This document shows, in pieces, positions 1 through 12,597 of a DNA stretch of 64,000 nucleotides (within the stretch, counting starts at the first letter, position 1; every line of letters starts with the position of its first letter). Source of the DNA: Leptolyngbyaceae cyanobacterium (GTDB lineage Bacteria; Cyanobacteriota; Cyanobacteriia; Phormidesmidales; Phormidesmidaceae); contig CBDHHL010000032.1 in NCBI GenBank assembly GCA_965263355.1, forward strand, positions 3,648,001 through 3,712,000, read 5' to 3'. The notes beneath the pieces are model-generated. The model saw only the letters and a program-made list of their open reading frames with translations, searched no databases and was not told the origin of the DNA. A program made the position numbers and the translations under genes.

Positions 1-586
1 GTTCTTCGTAGTAAGCCATTTTGTCGTCAGGGATGCGAATGCGCTCTTGGAATGCGATCGCATAGTTGTAGTCACCTGCATCAATGGCCCGCGCTACGCG
101 AGAGTTGGCACCATCGGCACCAATCACTAGGTCTACCTGTAGCGTCTTCGCGTCTCCCTGGAGAGTGCCGTTGGAGTGATCGGCGTAATGCAGCGTGTAG
201 GGATCCTTGTCATTGCCAGGGATAACTAGCTTGTGTACAGTGCCGTTAATTACCTTAGCGCCAAGCTTTTCAGCTCGCTGGCGTAAGAAGCCATCTAGCA
301 CTTCACGTCGGCACATGCCGATGTACTCATCATCCTTGAGAGTGCTGCCGATATTTACCTCGATATTTGAGGGAGAGATCATTTTCATCTTACGCACGCG
401 ACGGTCAATGATCTCAGGGGGCAAATCAAACTCATCCACCATGCACAGGGGGATTGCGCCACCACAGGGCTTGGCATTGTCTAACTTGCGCTCAAATAGA
501 TAGGTTTCAATACCTGCTTTTACTAATGTCTCAGCAGCAGAGGAACCTGCTGGACCGCCTCCAACAACCGCAACCCGAAGTGCCAA
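1..586 (-). CDS. chlP: Geranylgeranyl reductase, 5' part (runs off window start)
   Basis: Not in the ORF track. Manual minus-strand translation from TTG at 586: MALRVAVVGGGPAGSSAAETLVKAGIETYLFERKLDNAKPCGGAIPLCMVDEFDLP...IGADGANS...AIAFQERIRIPDDKMAYYEE; GGAG upstream. Confidence 0.95.
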   Translation of the reverse strand, partial: MALRVAVVGGGPAGSSAAETLVKAGIETYLFERKLDNAKPCGGAIPLCMVDEFDLPPEIIDRRVRKMKMISPSNIEVNIGSTLKDDEYIGMCRREVLDGFLRQRAEKLGAKVINGTVHKLVIPGNDKDPYTLHYADHSNGTLQGDAKTLQVDLVIGADGANSRVARAIDAGDYNYAIAFQERIRIPDDKMAYYEE

Positions 587-780
587 GGTATTTTTCTCCA
601 AATCTTTAAAAGCTATGGTGTGTATGCTATCACGCTGATTTGAGCTGGTTGGATACACTCTCGTAGATGTAACAAAAATGAAACAGAGTATAGAGGTAGC
701 TCAAACTAATTTCCAGGTTTTTGGAGTAACAGATTAATTCGTTTGGGGGCAATTGCATATGGGGTAGTCTTTATACTGTT

Positions 781-1005
781 GTGGACTCAGCAACCAAGGT
801 TTTTCTATCGCCCTACCCATGTGCTGCAAACGACGCCAGAGTCCCATTTGAGATGGGGCAAAAGCTATATAATGCAGCCCTTGGCCCTAAAGAGTTGATA
901 TTGTACGCATCTAATGTTCACCACAATGCGGTGGATGTATTTAAAGAGCCTAACTATGTCGCCAAGCTAAAACAATTTGTAGAGCAATCCCTGGCTGCTG
1001 CATAG
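781..1005 (+). pseudogene. C-terminal remnant of an alpha/beta hydrolase
   Basis: DARVPFEMGQKLYNAALGPKELI...HHNA resembles the catalytic Asp/His end of alpha/beta hydrolases; no GxSxG nucleophile region, only 74 aa. Confidence 0.55.
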
Positions 1006-1112
1006 AGAGTTTCGTTTAAATCCTGCTTTTACAAGGGCGTAGACCTAGCAAGCCAGCTTTGATTTTCCTCGGCTAGAATTCAGGGGGTCTATATAGGTGG
1101 GTTTTCTCTTAG

Positions 1113-3173
<2,061 letters not shown>

Positions 3174-3216
3174 GGATAGTTTTTGGGCGTTTTCCGGCAC
3201 GAACATAAGGTTATCT

Positions 3217-5010
3217 ATGAAACGAGTCTGCTTATCAGCTGCGATCAAATCTTGCCAGAGCCTGATTCTAGGTCTCGGAGCGATGTTGACGGTGGTGGCT
3301 CTACCAGGTAAGGCTGCAGAACGAATTACATTCGCATTTGGGCCGATTGAACGTTCCATTGAACTGACGGATTTAGAGCGGCTGGTTGAGGATGGCGTAG
3401 TTAGTGATGATCTGGCCTACTATGCTCGGTTTTTACCCGATGACTACGATATCGATGCCCTTAGACGAGCCCTGACTTGGCGATTAGAGCGAGATGTGGA
3501 CACCATTGATATAGATGTCGTGTTGCTGGATCGATTTTTCTACACACAGCAGGGGGAATATCTACTGGGCATTGCAGCTGACTTTATTCGTACCGAAGCA
3601 TTGCGCAGTGATCTGCGGGCATTGCGAGGCGCTATTTTAGTGGCGGTTGCTGATGAAGATGAAGGTTTGACTCTATTGAATGCAATTCGTAAGTTTCCGT
3701 CGCCGGAAATGCGGATTGAGTTAGACCGGGGATTAGGGCTGCTACGGGAGATTGAGCGAGCGATTTATGAAACAGATGCATCGATTGCGCTGCTAGAGCG
3801 TTTGGGCGCTGCCACAGGTGAGCTTTCAGATATACAAAAGGCGCAGCTGAGGGCTTTAGTTAACCAGGCGCGCCAGCCTGGACGCTATGAGGTGGAGCGC
3901 CAACAATTAGCTAGGAATGCCCCGATTCCGGCAGATATTTATTTGCCAGTGCTAGGAGGACAACGTCAACGTAATCGTCCGACGGTGATTATTTCCCATG
4001 GTTTAGGGAATGATCGGACATCCTATGCCTATCTTGGGCGACACTTGGCATCCCATGGATTTTTGGTAATCAATGTCGAACACCCTGGCAGTAATGCCGA
4101 GCAGATCAATGCGCTATTGGTGGGTAAATCGGCTGAGGTGGTTGCCAATGACGAGTTTATTCAACGGCCCAGACAAATCTCTGCCTTACTGAATTATCTG
4201 GAACGGGAGGCGACTCAATATGGCAGTTTAATTAATTTTGGTCAGGTGGGTGTTGTGGGGCAGTCTTTTGGCGGCTATACAGCATTGGCGTTAGCAGGTG
4301 CTACCCTTGACTTTGAAGTCCTGCGGGCTAGCTGCCCGCCCAGTTCACTGACATTAAATGTGTCATTGTTACTGCAGTGTCAGGCTGGTCAACTGGCTGA
4401 GCCTAGTGAAACGATGCTGTCGCTACAGGACGGACGGGTGAGGGCTGCGATCTCAATCAACCCCATTACCAGCGTCCTCTTTGGCGAAGAAAGTATGGGG
4501 CAAGTTACCACACCTACCATGATTGTTTCCAGCGGTGCCGATACCGTAGCCCCGGCCCTACAGGAACAATTAGTTCCCTTTACCTGGCTGACCCAACCTG
4601 ATCGCTATCTATTACTGATGCGGCAGGGCACCCATTTTTCTACCATTGCGTTGACCGAAACTGGTAGTGAAGCCTTTGATCTCCCGACTCAGATCATTGG
4701 CCCGGATCCGTTTCTGGCCCAGGATTATTTAGAAGCGTCGAGTCTGGCCTTTTTAACTCAGCATTTAAGTGGCGACCTTACCTACCAGGCACTGTTAACC
4801 GCTGACGGTATTCAGCAGCTCAATCAAGAGCCGATTAAACTCACCCTGGTGCAAACGCTTACCGGCCCTTCCCTGGTAGAGGAGCTAGGGCGACCGCCCC
4901 GTTCGGCGGCAGACGTGGTTGAACCCCCTGCAGCAGACTCATCCTTAGGCCCATCCCCACCAGTTGAGATTCCTGTGGAAGACCCACCAGTGCCGACATT
5001 GGCTCCATAA
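3217..5010 (+). CDS. DUF1400-type alpha/beta hydrolase
   Basis: Signal-like N-terminus then AAERITFAFGPIERSI, SHGLG, GQSFGG nucleophile elbow, GTHFS. Confidence 0.85.
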   Translation: MKRVCLSAAIKSCQSLILGLGAMLTVVALPGKAAERITFAFGPIERSIELTDLERLVEDGVVSDDLAYYARFLPDDYDIDALRRALTWRLERDVDTIDIDVVLLDRFFYTQQGEYLLGIAADFIRTEALRSDLRALRGAILVAVADEDEGLTLLNAIRKFPSPEMRIELDRGLGLLREIERAIYETDASIALLERLGAATGELSDIQKAQLRALVNQARQPGRYEVERQQLARNAPIPADIYLPVLGGQRQRNRPTVIISHGLGNDRTSYAYLGRHLASHGFLVINVEHPGSNAEQINALLVGKSAEVVANDEFIQRPRQISALLNYLEREATQYGSLINFGQVGVVGQSFGGYTALALAGATLDFEVLRASCPPSSLTLNVSLLLQCQAGQLAEPSETMLSLQDGRVRAAISINPITSVLFGEESMGQVTTPTMIVSSGADTVAPALQEQLVPFTWLTQPDRYLLLMRQGTHFSTIALTETGSEAFDLPTQIIGPDPFLAQDYLEASSLAFLTQHLSGDLTYQALLTADGIQQLNQEPIKLTLVQTLTGPSLVEELGRPPRSAADVVEPPAADSSLGPSPPVEIPVEDPPVPTLAP

Positions 5011-5087
5011 GTGTCTTAGCCAATAGCCTGCAACCATCACCGCCATCACCCTGATAGGATCCGTGTATCGTTCTCCACGACTAGCCC

Positions 5088-5993
5088 ATGCCCGACGGCT
5101 TTTTGAATCTCCATAAACCTGCCGGATGGACATCCCATGATTGTGTGGCCAAGTTACGTCGTCTTCTCAAAACCAAAAAAATTGGTCATGCGGGCACGTT
5201 AGATCCAGCGGCAACCGGTGTCTTACCCATGGCCGTGGGACGGGCCACCCGGTTACTGCAATATTTACCTAGTGACAAGGCCTATCGGGCAGTTGTTCAG
5301 TTGGGTAAGACCACCGATACAGACGATTTAGAGGGTATAGTTCTGACTCAAACCCCAGCGGACTATTTGACGCTCTCTAATGTGCTCGAACAGCTCAGGC
5401 ATTTTCAGGGAGAAATTCAGCAAGTGCCGCCGATGTACAGTGCTGTGCATGTTAATGGTCGGCGATTGTACGACTTAGCTCGTCAAGGCAAAACCGCAAA
5501 TATTGAGGTTCCCAATCGCACTGTTGTGGTGCATCGGATTGATTTAGTCGATTGGCAGCCCGGTAACGTCTCAACCATTACCTTAGATATCACCTGTGGA
5601 GCTGGTACCTACATTCGTTCGATTGCTCGTGATCTAGGTAAACGTCTGGGAGTGGGTGGCACTCTAGCTTCGTTGTTACGTACAAAAAGCAGTGGGTTTA
5701 CCTTAGATACCAGTATTTCTTTGCAGAGACTATCTGAACCTGAACAGATAGATCAGTTGCAATTTATTTCTCCAGCCATGGCCATGGAACATTTGCCAGG
5801 GATTACGTTATCGGCTGAATTAGCCCGTCGTTGGTGCCTGGGGCAGCGTTTACCGATGGCTCCGACCATTGAGCTGGACCAAGCTTTGCGAGTAATTACT
5901 GAAGCCTGTCCATTTTTGGGCATTGGTGTATTTAGACTTAAGGATGAACAGCCCCATTTGGTTCCCAAAATGGTATTTGCACAGACTTATTGA
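5088..5993 (+). CDS. truB: tRNA pseudouridine(55) synthase
   Basis: GFLNLHKPAGWTSHD, KIGHAGTLDPAATGVL, QVPPMYSA, GTYIRS. Confidence 0.97.
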   Translation: MPDGFLNLHKPAGWTSHDCVAKLRRLLKTKKIGHAGTLDPAATGVLPMAVGRATRLLQYLPSDKAYRAVVQLGKTTDTDDLEGIVLTQTPADYLTLSNVLEQLRHFQGEIQQVPPMYSAVHVNGRRLYDLARQGKTANIEVPNRTVVVHRIDLVDWQPGNVSTITLDITCGAGTYIRSIARDLGKRLGVGGTLASLLRTKSSGFTLDTSISLQRLSEPEQIDQLQFISPAMAMEHLPGITLSAELARRWCLGQRLPMAPTIELDQALRVITEACPFLGIGVFRLKDEQPHLVPKMVFAQTY

Positions 5994-6144
5994 CGCTAAA
6001 TTGATTTTTGTTTCAGTAATTGTCCGTAGCCACTAATCAGGATATGTAGATATTAGGGAAACCAAATCATTATTAGATGTGTCTTTTGACTGTGCATCCC
6101 CGTAATTTTTACTAGTTTTTTGTCGTTCATAGTACAAGACAGTC

Positions 6145-7332
6145 ATGTCTCACTGGGGTTCCTCGTCTGCACTCAAGCGCTTCCAGGTAGGCGAAGTCAT
6201 TTTCTCTGAGGGTGATCCTGGAGATTCAGCCTACATCATTGAGTCAGGCAGGGTGGAAGTTGCTGTTAGTGTTGATGGTCGACCGTTACCGTTGCGGATT
6301 CTAACCAGCGGTGATGTTTTAGGTGAAATGGCGGTCATGGATACGGCTCCCCGTTCTGCCTCGGCCAAAGCGATTGAAGAGACGGTGTGTGTGGCTATTT
6401 CCAGCCGTCAAATTTCAGAACGTATTCAAGGGGCAGACCCCATCGTGCAGCTTTTGGTGACTACCCTACTGCATCGGATACGCAGTACCCCCCAGATCAC
6501 CTTATCGGGGCATCCCAAAGTAGCGACGGGGCTGCAATATGCGGCGGAAAACGATGAGGTTCTGGACAAAATGCGTTTGGAATCGGAATTGCGAGCGGCC
6601 TTAGAGAATCGACAACTGCGCCCCCACTACCAGCCCTTGGTGGACATTCAAACCCGGCAAGTGTTGGGATTTGAAGCCTTGATTCGATGGCGGAGCGATA
6701 CTCGTGGTAACGTGTCGCCTGGGGAATTCACCAGCATTGCTGAGGAAACGTCGCTGATTATTCCGATTGGTCAGCAGACGCTACAGCAAGCCTGTCGTGA
6801 TTTGGTGCAATTTCAGCAGGCTTGCCCAGATAGGCCTTTGTTTATGAGTATTAATGTGGCCCCACGGCAGCTAGCTGAATATACGTTTTTGCCAGAGTTG
6901 CGAGCCATTGTCCAGCACCATGGCCTAGCGCCTTACCAGGTTAAGCTTGAGGTAACAGAGCGAGTCTTTATGGCAGATCCGGTTGCCTTAGAAATGTTAA
7001 AACACTGTCGGCAGGACGGTTTCCATATTGCCTTGGATGATTTTGGTACCGGCTTTTCGAGTCTTAACTATCTGACTCGTTTTGAAGTGGATGGCTTTAA
7101 AATTGATCGAGCCTTTGTCCAAGAACTGCTGACGAATTCACGGACTCAAGTCTTGTTGCAAAGCATGCTAGCGATGGCCCATGGCTTAGGCATGCAAACG
7201 GTGGTGGAAGGTATTGAAACGGAGGAGCAGCTGAAGGTTTTACAGCAGTCTGGGTGTGATATTGGCCAGGGATACCTGTTTGGGAAGCCGCTGCCTTTTG
7301 ATGAGGTACAGCAGTTACTGGAGTTGGCTTAA
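6145..7332 (+). CDS. Cyclic-nucleotide-binding domain + EAL phosphodiesterase
   Basis: IFSEGDPGD...GEMAVMDTAPRSASA (cNMP); FEALIRW, LEVTE, DDFGTGFSSL, KIDRAF, EGIET, QGYLFGKP (EAL). Confidence 0.92.
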   Translation: MSHWGSSSALKRFQVGEVIFSEGDPGDSAYIIESGRVEVAVSVDGRPLPLRILTSGDVLGEMAVMDTAPRSASAKAIEETVCVAISSRQISERIQGADPIVQLLVTTLLHRIRSTPQITLSGHPKVATGLQYAAENDEVLDKMRLESELRAALENRQLRPHYQPLVDIQTRQVLGFEALIRWRSDTRGNVSPGEFTSIAEETSLIIPIGQQTLQQACRDLVQFQQACPDRPLFMSINVAPRQLAEYTFLPELRAIVQHHGLAPYQVKLEVTERVFMADPVALEMLKHCRQDGFHIALDDFGTGFSSLNYLTRFEVDGFKIDRAFVQELLTNSRTQVLLQSMLAMAHGLGMQTVVEGIETEEQLKVLQQSGCDIGQGYLFGKPLPFDEVQQLLELA

Positions 7333-7406
7333 ACCATCATGTCTAAGCTGAAACCTGTCGGTTCTTCTCTGTAACAACGACCTTTCTGGTCGTGGATAAG
7401 CTATTA
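7330..7406 (+). repeat. ~73-bp dispersed element family A (diverged, 77 bp)
   Basis: TAAACCATCATGTCTAAGCTGAAACCTGTCGGTTCTTC...GTGGATAAGCTATTA; first TAA is the EAL gene stop. Confidence 0.8.
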
Positions 7407-7428
7407 GGCCTTAGGTTAACCATAGGCA

Positions 7429-9663
7429 TTACAAGGCTAGCAATGTATAACGGCCTGCTTGTTCGACTAACAGGGTGACTGGTTGGTCTTGCTTCTTGTC
7501 AGTTAGTGCCAGTAACGACTGGGCTTGACCGATGTCGCTGTAGAGCAGCTCACCAGTGTGAGAGAAGATCAGGGTTTTGCCTGGGGTGAGAGCTAACTCG
7601 GGGGGACTGTCAGGGCCAATAGAGACAAGATGCTCTTTTGATAAATCTTCGACCAGGTCAACTCTGGCATATTGCAGATGGGGGTAAAGCTGAGCGGTTT
7701 GTTCAGAGGTAAGCCCCAATTGGTGACCTAGGGTGGCTGCTATTAAGTTTACTGGTGCTGGACCAGGGGGGGAGTCACTGGTCGTTAATGTGTCTGGACT
7801 TTCAGGCGGCGGGATCGGGGGAGCAGACTGCCAGGGAAAAGTGGCTAGCCACCGAAGGCTGTTGTCGGTGGTCACTAGCAAAGGACCATCGATTTGAGGC
7901 CCTGCAGCTAATAGAGCGATGCCAGTTTCAGTCAGCTTGACCCCGTGGGCGGTCACTCTGGCTACGGCGGTTTTATCCTTAAAAAGCCGCATCTGACGTC
8001 GCAGAGGTAGGGACTCCGTCCAAAAGTTAGTTGGTCTGGTGGATATGGAGGGTAAGTGCCAACCAGAGTCATCCTGAAGCAGTTGTATCTCAATGTGGTA
8101 CCAAGTGTGACCGGAGGCAAGCGTTGGCAGGGTTTGAGATCGCACCCATCCCCCATCTGGTGTGCCAATTACCCTGGCTTCGCCAATCAGGCTGCGATAG
8201 CGCCCTGGGGTATCAGCTGTGAATGGCTCCGCTGCATGCCCTACCAGATTGGTCTTCTCCTCGTCGGGCAGACTGTTGCTATCCTTTGCCGCACGACCGT
8301 CTACAGTCTGCAGGCGCTCTAGTGTTTTTTGGGAACGCGTTTTTTTCTGTAACCACTCCTCACCAAGGTCCGATGATTGACGGGCCGTTACCAGTAAGGC
8401 TCCCCATATCTGTGATGACTCGTCCTGGGGATGGACCTGCAAATGTGTGGTGACACTGCGCCATAGGGCATCAAAGTCCCGTTCTAAGCGTTTGAGGGTG
8501 GAGTCATAGATGGTGGGGTTGTCTTCCAGAGCAATTAGGGCCTTTTCCCATTGGCCATCGATCAAGTAGGCCAAAATGTGTTGCTGTTGACTTGACCAGG
8601 TTTGTTCCGTTTGGGCATTGGTCCGTTCCGCATGGAGTTGAATTAAATCTAGCTGAGCTTGGGCGGCGGGCGACCAGTTAGTTGCCAATCCTTGCTTGGC
8701 CGATTGCATCATTTGCAGACTGTGGGACCATACACCTCCCTGGGCCAGTTTTAATGCTTTGTCATAGAGAGACGTGCCCAGGTCCGATGCGTAAACTGAG
8801 CGATAGAGCGAGATTTCTCGTAAACGAGGAGGATCGTTGGGGACTAGCTGGTAGAGCAAAAAATTAGGGCGTAATCCAATGGTTTGATCGATTAATAACT
8901 GCTGGTCTCCAGTGTCGCTAGCCTGCCATTGGGGGGGCTGGTCGGCTGGGCTCGACCAATTTAACAATCGATGTAGGCGGTGGGTGTTAGGCTGATAGCT
9001 CAAAATTTGGCCATAGCGCATGACGGTGTTGCCATAGCGGCGCTTACCCTCTAGTAAGAGCCAGGGACCTTCTGGCGATTGGCTAGGTATGATGTTGATA
9101 TCTGTTAGGGTGGCATCACTATCTACACTGGCCACTTGAGACGCTGTACCGACTAACGGTGTAGTGATAAACGATTCTTTTATGGGGCGAATGGTAACTT
9201 GGTCAATTCGTTGCTGCTGACTACCTCTTACCCGGTAGACCCACAGTTCTCGAATCGCCTTGCTATCAGGGGCCAAGATTGGATAAAACCACACTTTTGG
9301 CTGGTCGAGCTGGGGCCAGGGTATGGGCTGATCAGCGGTAATGCCCTGAGATCGCATCTCTGCTCGAATTTCATCTGTTGTCTGGGGAGCAGTTTCAAAG
9401 CTGTTGACCAATTGAGGAAATGCCGTCTTTAGCCAGTTAGGACTGTAGGGGTCAACAATCAGCCGGGCTCCCGACAGGATCACCATGAGCAAAAAAACTG
9501 CACCGCTTCCTAGGGTCAACCAACTTAGCAATGACCAGGGAATACGTCCTGAGGTTGAACTGACTAGCAGCGTTACCTGGGGGGTGGATGGATTGTGTTT
9601 GCTCAAACCCATGGAGGTGGTTATGGGTAGTTTTCTAGGCCCTAGACTGTTGTCCCTGGCCAT
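7429..9663 (-). CDS. Hypothetical membrane-anchored protein
   Basis: 744-aa ORF with one N-terminal hydrophobic segment; starts 5 bp after the GT4 stop, so probably co-transcribed. Confidence 0.75.
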   Translation of the reverse strand: MARDNSLGPRKLPITTSMGLSKHNPSTPQVTLLVSSTSGRIPWSLLSWLTLGSGAVFLLMVILSGARLIVDPYSPNWLKTAFPQLVNSFETAPQTTDEIRAEMRSQGITADQPIPWPQLDQPKVWFYPILAPDSKAIRELWVYRVRGSQQQRIDQVTIRPIKESFITTPLVGTASQVASVDSDATLTDINIIPSQSPEGPWLLLEGKRRYGNTVMRYGQILSYQPNTHRLHRLLNWSSPADQPPQWQASDTGDQQLLIDQTIGLRPNFLLYQLVPNDPPRLREISLYRSVYASDLGTSLYDKALKLAQGGVWSHSLQMMQSAKQGLATNWSPAAQAQLDLIQLHAERTNAQTEQTWSSQQQHILAYLIDGQWEKALIALEDNPTIYDSTLKRLERDFDALWRSVTTHLQVHPQDESSQIWGALLVTARQSSDLGEEWLQKKTRSQKTLERLQTVDGRAAKDSNSLPDEEKTNLVGHAAEPFTADTPGRYRSLIGEARVIGTPDGGWVRSQTLPTLASGHTWYHIEIQLLQDDSGWHLPSISTRPTNFWTESLPLRRQMRLFKDKTAVARVTAHGVKLTETGIALLAAGPQIDGPLLVTTDNSLRWLATFPWQSAPPIPPPESPDTLTTSDSPPGPAPVNLIAATLGHQLGLTSEQTAQLYPHLQYARVDLVEDLSKEHLVSIGPDSPPELALTPGKTLIFSHTGELLYSDIGQAQSLLALTDKKQDQPVTLLVEQAGRYTLLAL

Positions 9664-9668
9664 TTTCC

Positions 9669-10892
9669 CTAGGAGGATAACACCTGGGCGTATTGTTGCC
9701 CGAGGCTCTCCCAGTTAAATTTAGCTTCAATCATCTGACGAGCATTCTGGGACAGGGTTTGACGCAAGGTGGAATCTTCAAATAATTGCCCAATGGCCTT
9801 CACATAGTCTTCGGGGGCATTGGCCCGTAGTGCTCGCAACGGTACGCCTTCCCCATCTACATCCATCCCTTCAAGCCCCCGATCACTGCCTACGACAGGC
9901 ACGCCCACTGCCATGGACTCAAGGGTTTTGGTTTTAATGCCGATGCCTGCACGCAGGGGGACCACACTGATAGTCGATTGTTGTAAGCATTCTGTAATCG
10001 ACGGTACCCGTCCAGTCACAGTCACACCAGGGATATCGTTTAGCGCTTTGACAGCAGTTACAGGGCGGGTACCCACCAAACTCAATGTTGCCTCAGGATA
10101 GCGCTGTTTTACCAGCGGAAAGATTTCCCGAGCCAGATAGCAAGCTGCATCAATATTGTGGGAAGAGTCCATGGCACCAATAAAAATCAAGGATTGACCA
10201 CCGGGGTCATGGGAGCGATAGGGCGACGTTTCTAAATCAACACCCGTTGAGACAATGTGGATGTTGGCATCTGGCATCAGGGTTTGAATATGTTGGCGAT
10301 CATGGGGAGTGGTCACCACTAGATGGGTAAATTTAGCGCAATATCGCTTTTCGTAACGGGCCAAAAGCGGTAAGTAAAGCCGATCGCGCAGGGGATTTTC
10401 AGACGCTCCGGCCTCTAAATGGTCCAGTACCCAGCCATAAACAGAGCTGTGGATATCTGCGACCGTCTTAACCCGGTCGCGAAACGTAGGATCGACATAC
10501 ATTTCATTCACACCATGCTCGCAGATGACAGCATCGTAGTTGCTGGTTTCAACCTGCTGACTCACCCAGGCATAGACCTCTGGAGAAAACCGAAAGGTGA
10601 CACTGGGCGGAGTGCCACTAATCACAAATTGAGCCAGACGCAGCGCTTGCTTGAGTGGATTACGATCGTGATTGGAAACTTGCTTGTCAGGGAGAGGAAA
10701 GGTTTTAATTTCGTTTACCCATTGCTTTAAGGTCTGAATATTGGCCTCAGTTGCATTGGGGGTTTGATGCGCGACTAGGGTGATGTCATGGAGCGGCCCA
10801 ATCTGTCTGAGTAAATTAAATGTGCGTACCTCAGCAGCCCCATGGCTAGGCGGGTAGGGAAACGTATTCAGAGAAAGAACAAGCAGACGCAT
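9669..10892 (-). CDS. Glycosyltransferase family 4
   Basis: FPYPPSHG, LIFIGAM, GIKTKTLESMAVGVPVVGS. Confidence 0.9.
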   Translation of the reverse strand: MRLLVLSLNTFPYPPSHGAAEVRTFNLLRQIGPLHDITLVAHQTPNATEANIQTLKQWVNEIKTFPLPDKQVSNHDRNPLKQALRLAQFVISGTPPSVTFRFSPEVYAWVSQQVETSNYDAVICEHGVNEMYVDPTFRDRVKTVADIHSSVYGWVLDHLEAGASENPLRDRLYLPLLARYEKRYCAKFTHLVVTTPHDRQHIQTLMPDANIHIVSTGVDLETSPYRSHDPGGQSLIFIGAMDSSHNIDAACYLAREIFPLVKQRYPEATLSLVGTRPVTAVKALNDIPGVTVTGRVPSITECLQQSTISVVPLRAGIGIKTKTLESMAVGVPVVGSDRGLEGMDVDGEGVPLRALRANAPEDYVKAIGQLFEDSTLRQTLSQNARQMIEAKFNWESLGQQYAQVLSS

Positions 10893-10915
10893 AAAAAAAT
10901 GTTAAGAGAGTAATT

Positions 10916-10976
10916 GTAGAGTGGGCACTGCCCGTCGTTTACTTGATTTAACGCGATAGACCAGACAGCGCCCACC
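10916..10976 (+). repeat. GTAG-type REP-like palindrome
   Basis: GTAGAGTGGGCACTG...CAGCGCCCACC between two glycosyltransferase genes. Confidence 0.6.
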
Positions 10977-11005
10977 GTTTAATTTAAGCTAGATAGCTCA
11001 TTGCC

Positions 11006-12004
11006 CTAATCGCTATCTAGCCAGGCAATTTCCTTAGCATTGTCCGGTAATTTTGACTCTCGTTGGCCTTGGCTGCGCGCCCGAAAACAATATAAGCCGA
11101 TGGGGGTCATGGCTAAATCGATCAGATCGGCCTTACCCATCGCTAATTTCAATAGTCCTTTGGGCAGTTCCTTTGCCAACCAGCGGGCCATGGTATAGCG
11201 AACTTCGCGAGGCATTAGAGGTCGAGTCAGCTTGATGCCATGAATCTGATGTAAATACCGGTTAGAGCGTCCATAGCGATACCACTGTTTGTGAAGTTCT
11301 TTCAAGGTAGACCGATGATGATGCTGGACAATGGCTGTTTGGGCGTAGTGTAACTGCCAACCCCCGTCTTTTTGCAGTCGCCAGCAGATGTCAGCATCTC
11401 CCCCGGTGGTCATATGGGGACGAAAGAGACCTATTTTTTTGAAGGCAGAGGCCCGAATGGCAATATTGGCTGTTTGACCATAGGGGCAGAATGCATGCTT
11501 GAGGGTGTCCTGTTGGGACATGATGTTTTTGCGCTCGGCATAGCGTTCCAGCCAGGTGTTACCTGGCAATGCCGTAATTTCGCCTACACATAGACCGACA
11601 GCATGATCTTGAAAGCCTTGGACCAAGTTTTCTAGCCAGGTGGATGCGGGATAGCAGTCAGCGTCCGTAAAGGCTAGAATTTCACCCGTTGCTGCCCGAA
11701 TGCCAGTGTTGCGAGCAGCGTAGGCACTTTGTATCTGGGTTTCACTGAGATGCTTGAAGGTTAGACCGATAGATTGAGCTTGGGTAACCGCAGCTTTGAG
11801 GATGGTGGGGGTGCGATCGCAGCTACCATTATCCACCAGTAGATAATCCACCCGCTCTGTTGGATAGGTTTGTCCTAGCAGGCAGTCAATCAAACCAGGT
11901 AAATCGGTTTCGCCATTGTAGATAGGTACAATCACCGAGACCGTTGGGAAAAAACTGACGGGCTGGGTGGGTAAGTCATTGGCAACCATAGAAGCTTGGG
12001 GCAT
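11006..12004 (-). CDS. Glycosyltransferase family 2
   Basis: VSVIVPIYN, VDNGSCD, ARNTGI, FTDAD, GGDAD, QWYRY. Confidence 0.92.
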   Translation of the reverse strand: MPQASMVANDLPTQPVSFFPTVSVIVPIYNGETDLPGLIDCLLGQTYPTERVDYLLVDNGSCDRTPTILKAAVTQAQSIGLTFKHLSETQIQSAYAARNTGIRAATGEILAFTDADCYPASTWLENLVQGFQDHAVGLCVGEITALPGNTWLERYAERKNIMSQQDTLKHAFCPYGQTANIAIRASAFKKIGLFRPHMTTGGDADICWRLQKDGGWQLHYAQTAIVQHHHRSTLKELHKQWYRYGRSNRYLHQIHGIKLTRPLMPREVRYTMARWLAKELPKGLLKLAMGKADLIDLAMTPIGLYCFRARSQGQRESKLPDNAKEIAWLDSD

Positions 12005-12192
12005 TGGTTCTCAACTCAATCTACAGCGACATTTACAGGTAGTTTTGCCACCCATACGTCGAGAATCAACATATAATTGCTGGTCTTTCTAAGGGGGCTC
12101 AGGGTTACTAAGCTGAAGCAATTCTGACAGGTCATATAAAGCCAATCTGTTTAATGCAGGTGATCTTTATGTAATCCTTACTGACATCAAAA

Positions 12193-12324
12193 GGGTATCC
12201 ACTCAAGCCGGGAAATTCTGGTTAAGTAGGAATCTAGAATCCAGGAACCAGAATTCAGAAAGGATATGGCTCCTGGCTCCTGACGTCTATCCTTGAGAAA
12301 ACTTCCCGCTTTAAGTTAGTACCC
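12193..12324. mobile_element. MITE family B, copy 1 (132 bp, 8-bp TSD CATCAAAA)
   Basis: Ends GGGTATCCACTCAAGCCGGGAAATT / AACTTCCCGCTTTAAGTTAGTACCC; CATCAAAA at 12185-12192 and 12325-12332. Confidence 0.92.
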
Positions 12325-12374
12325 CATCAAAACTGGTACTACATCAAGATTAAAATTTCAATTAGGGAATTGAA

Positions 12375-12447
12375 TAAACCACGTTTCAGCTGGAACCTGT
12401 AGGCTCTTCTACGGAAAAAATTTAATTTTGGATATGACTAAGGTTTA
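12375..12447 (+). repeat. 73-bp dispersed element family A
   Basis: TAAACCACGTTTCAGCTGGAACCTGTAGG...GGATATGACTAAGGTTTA. Confidence 0.85.
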
Positions 12448-12524
12448 ATTCATTTGCTTTGGTAGCTACACCTGGTTCTATATCTTTAGCCCGAATTGTC
12501 TGACCTGAGAGACTTATTCACATG

Positions 12525-12597
12525 TAAACCATGTCCAAGTTGAAGCCTGTAGATTCTTCACCGGAAAAACTTCAGTTCTAGATGTGGACAAGGTTTA
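12525..12597 (+). repeat. 73-bp dispersed element family A (near consensus)
   Basis: TAAACCATGTCCAAGTTGAAGCCTGTAGATTCTTCACCGGAAAAACTTCAGTTCTAGATGTGGACAAGGTTTA. Confidence 0.92.

Noticed and set aside
207..503. 98-aa plus-strand ORF
   Set aside because: Antisense shadow of chlP; the same applies to the short antisense ORFs within ligA, ftsH, cax, chlH and dnaK.
1016..1047. GGCGTAGACCTA shared with ~58164
   Set aside because: Only 12 bp with weak flanking similarity; too little to define a family.
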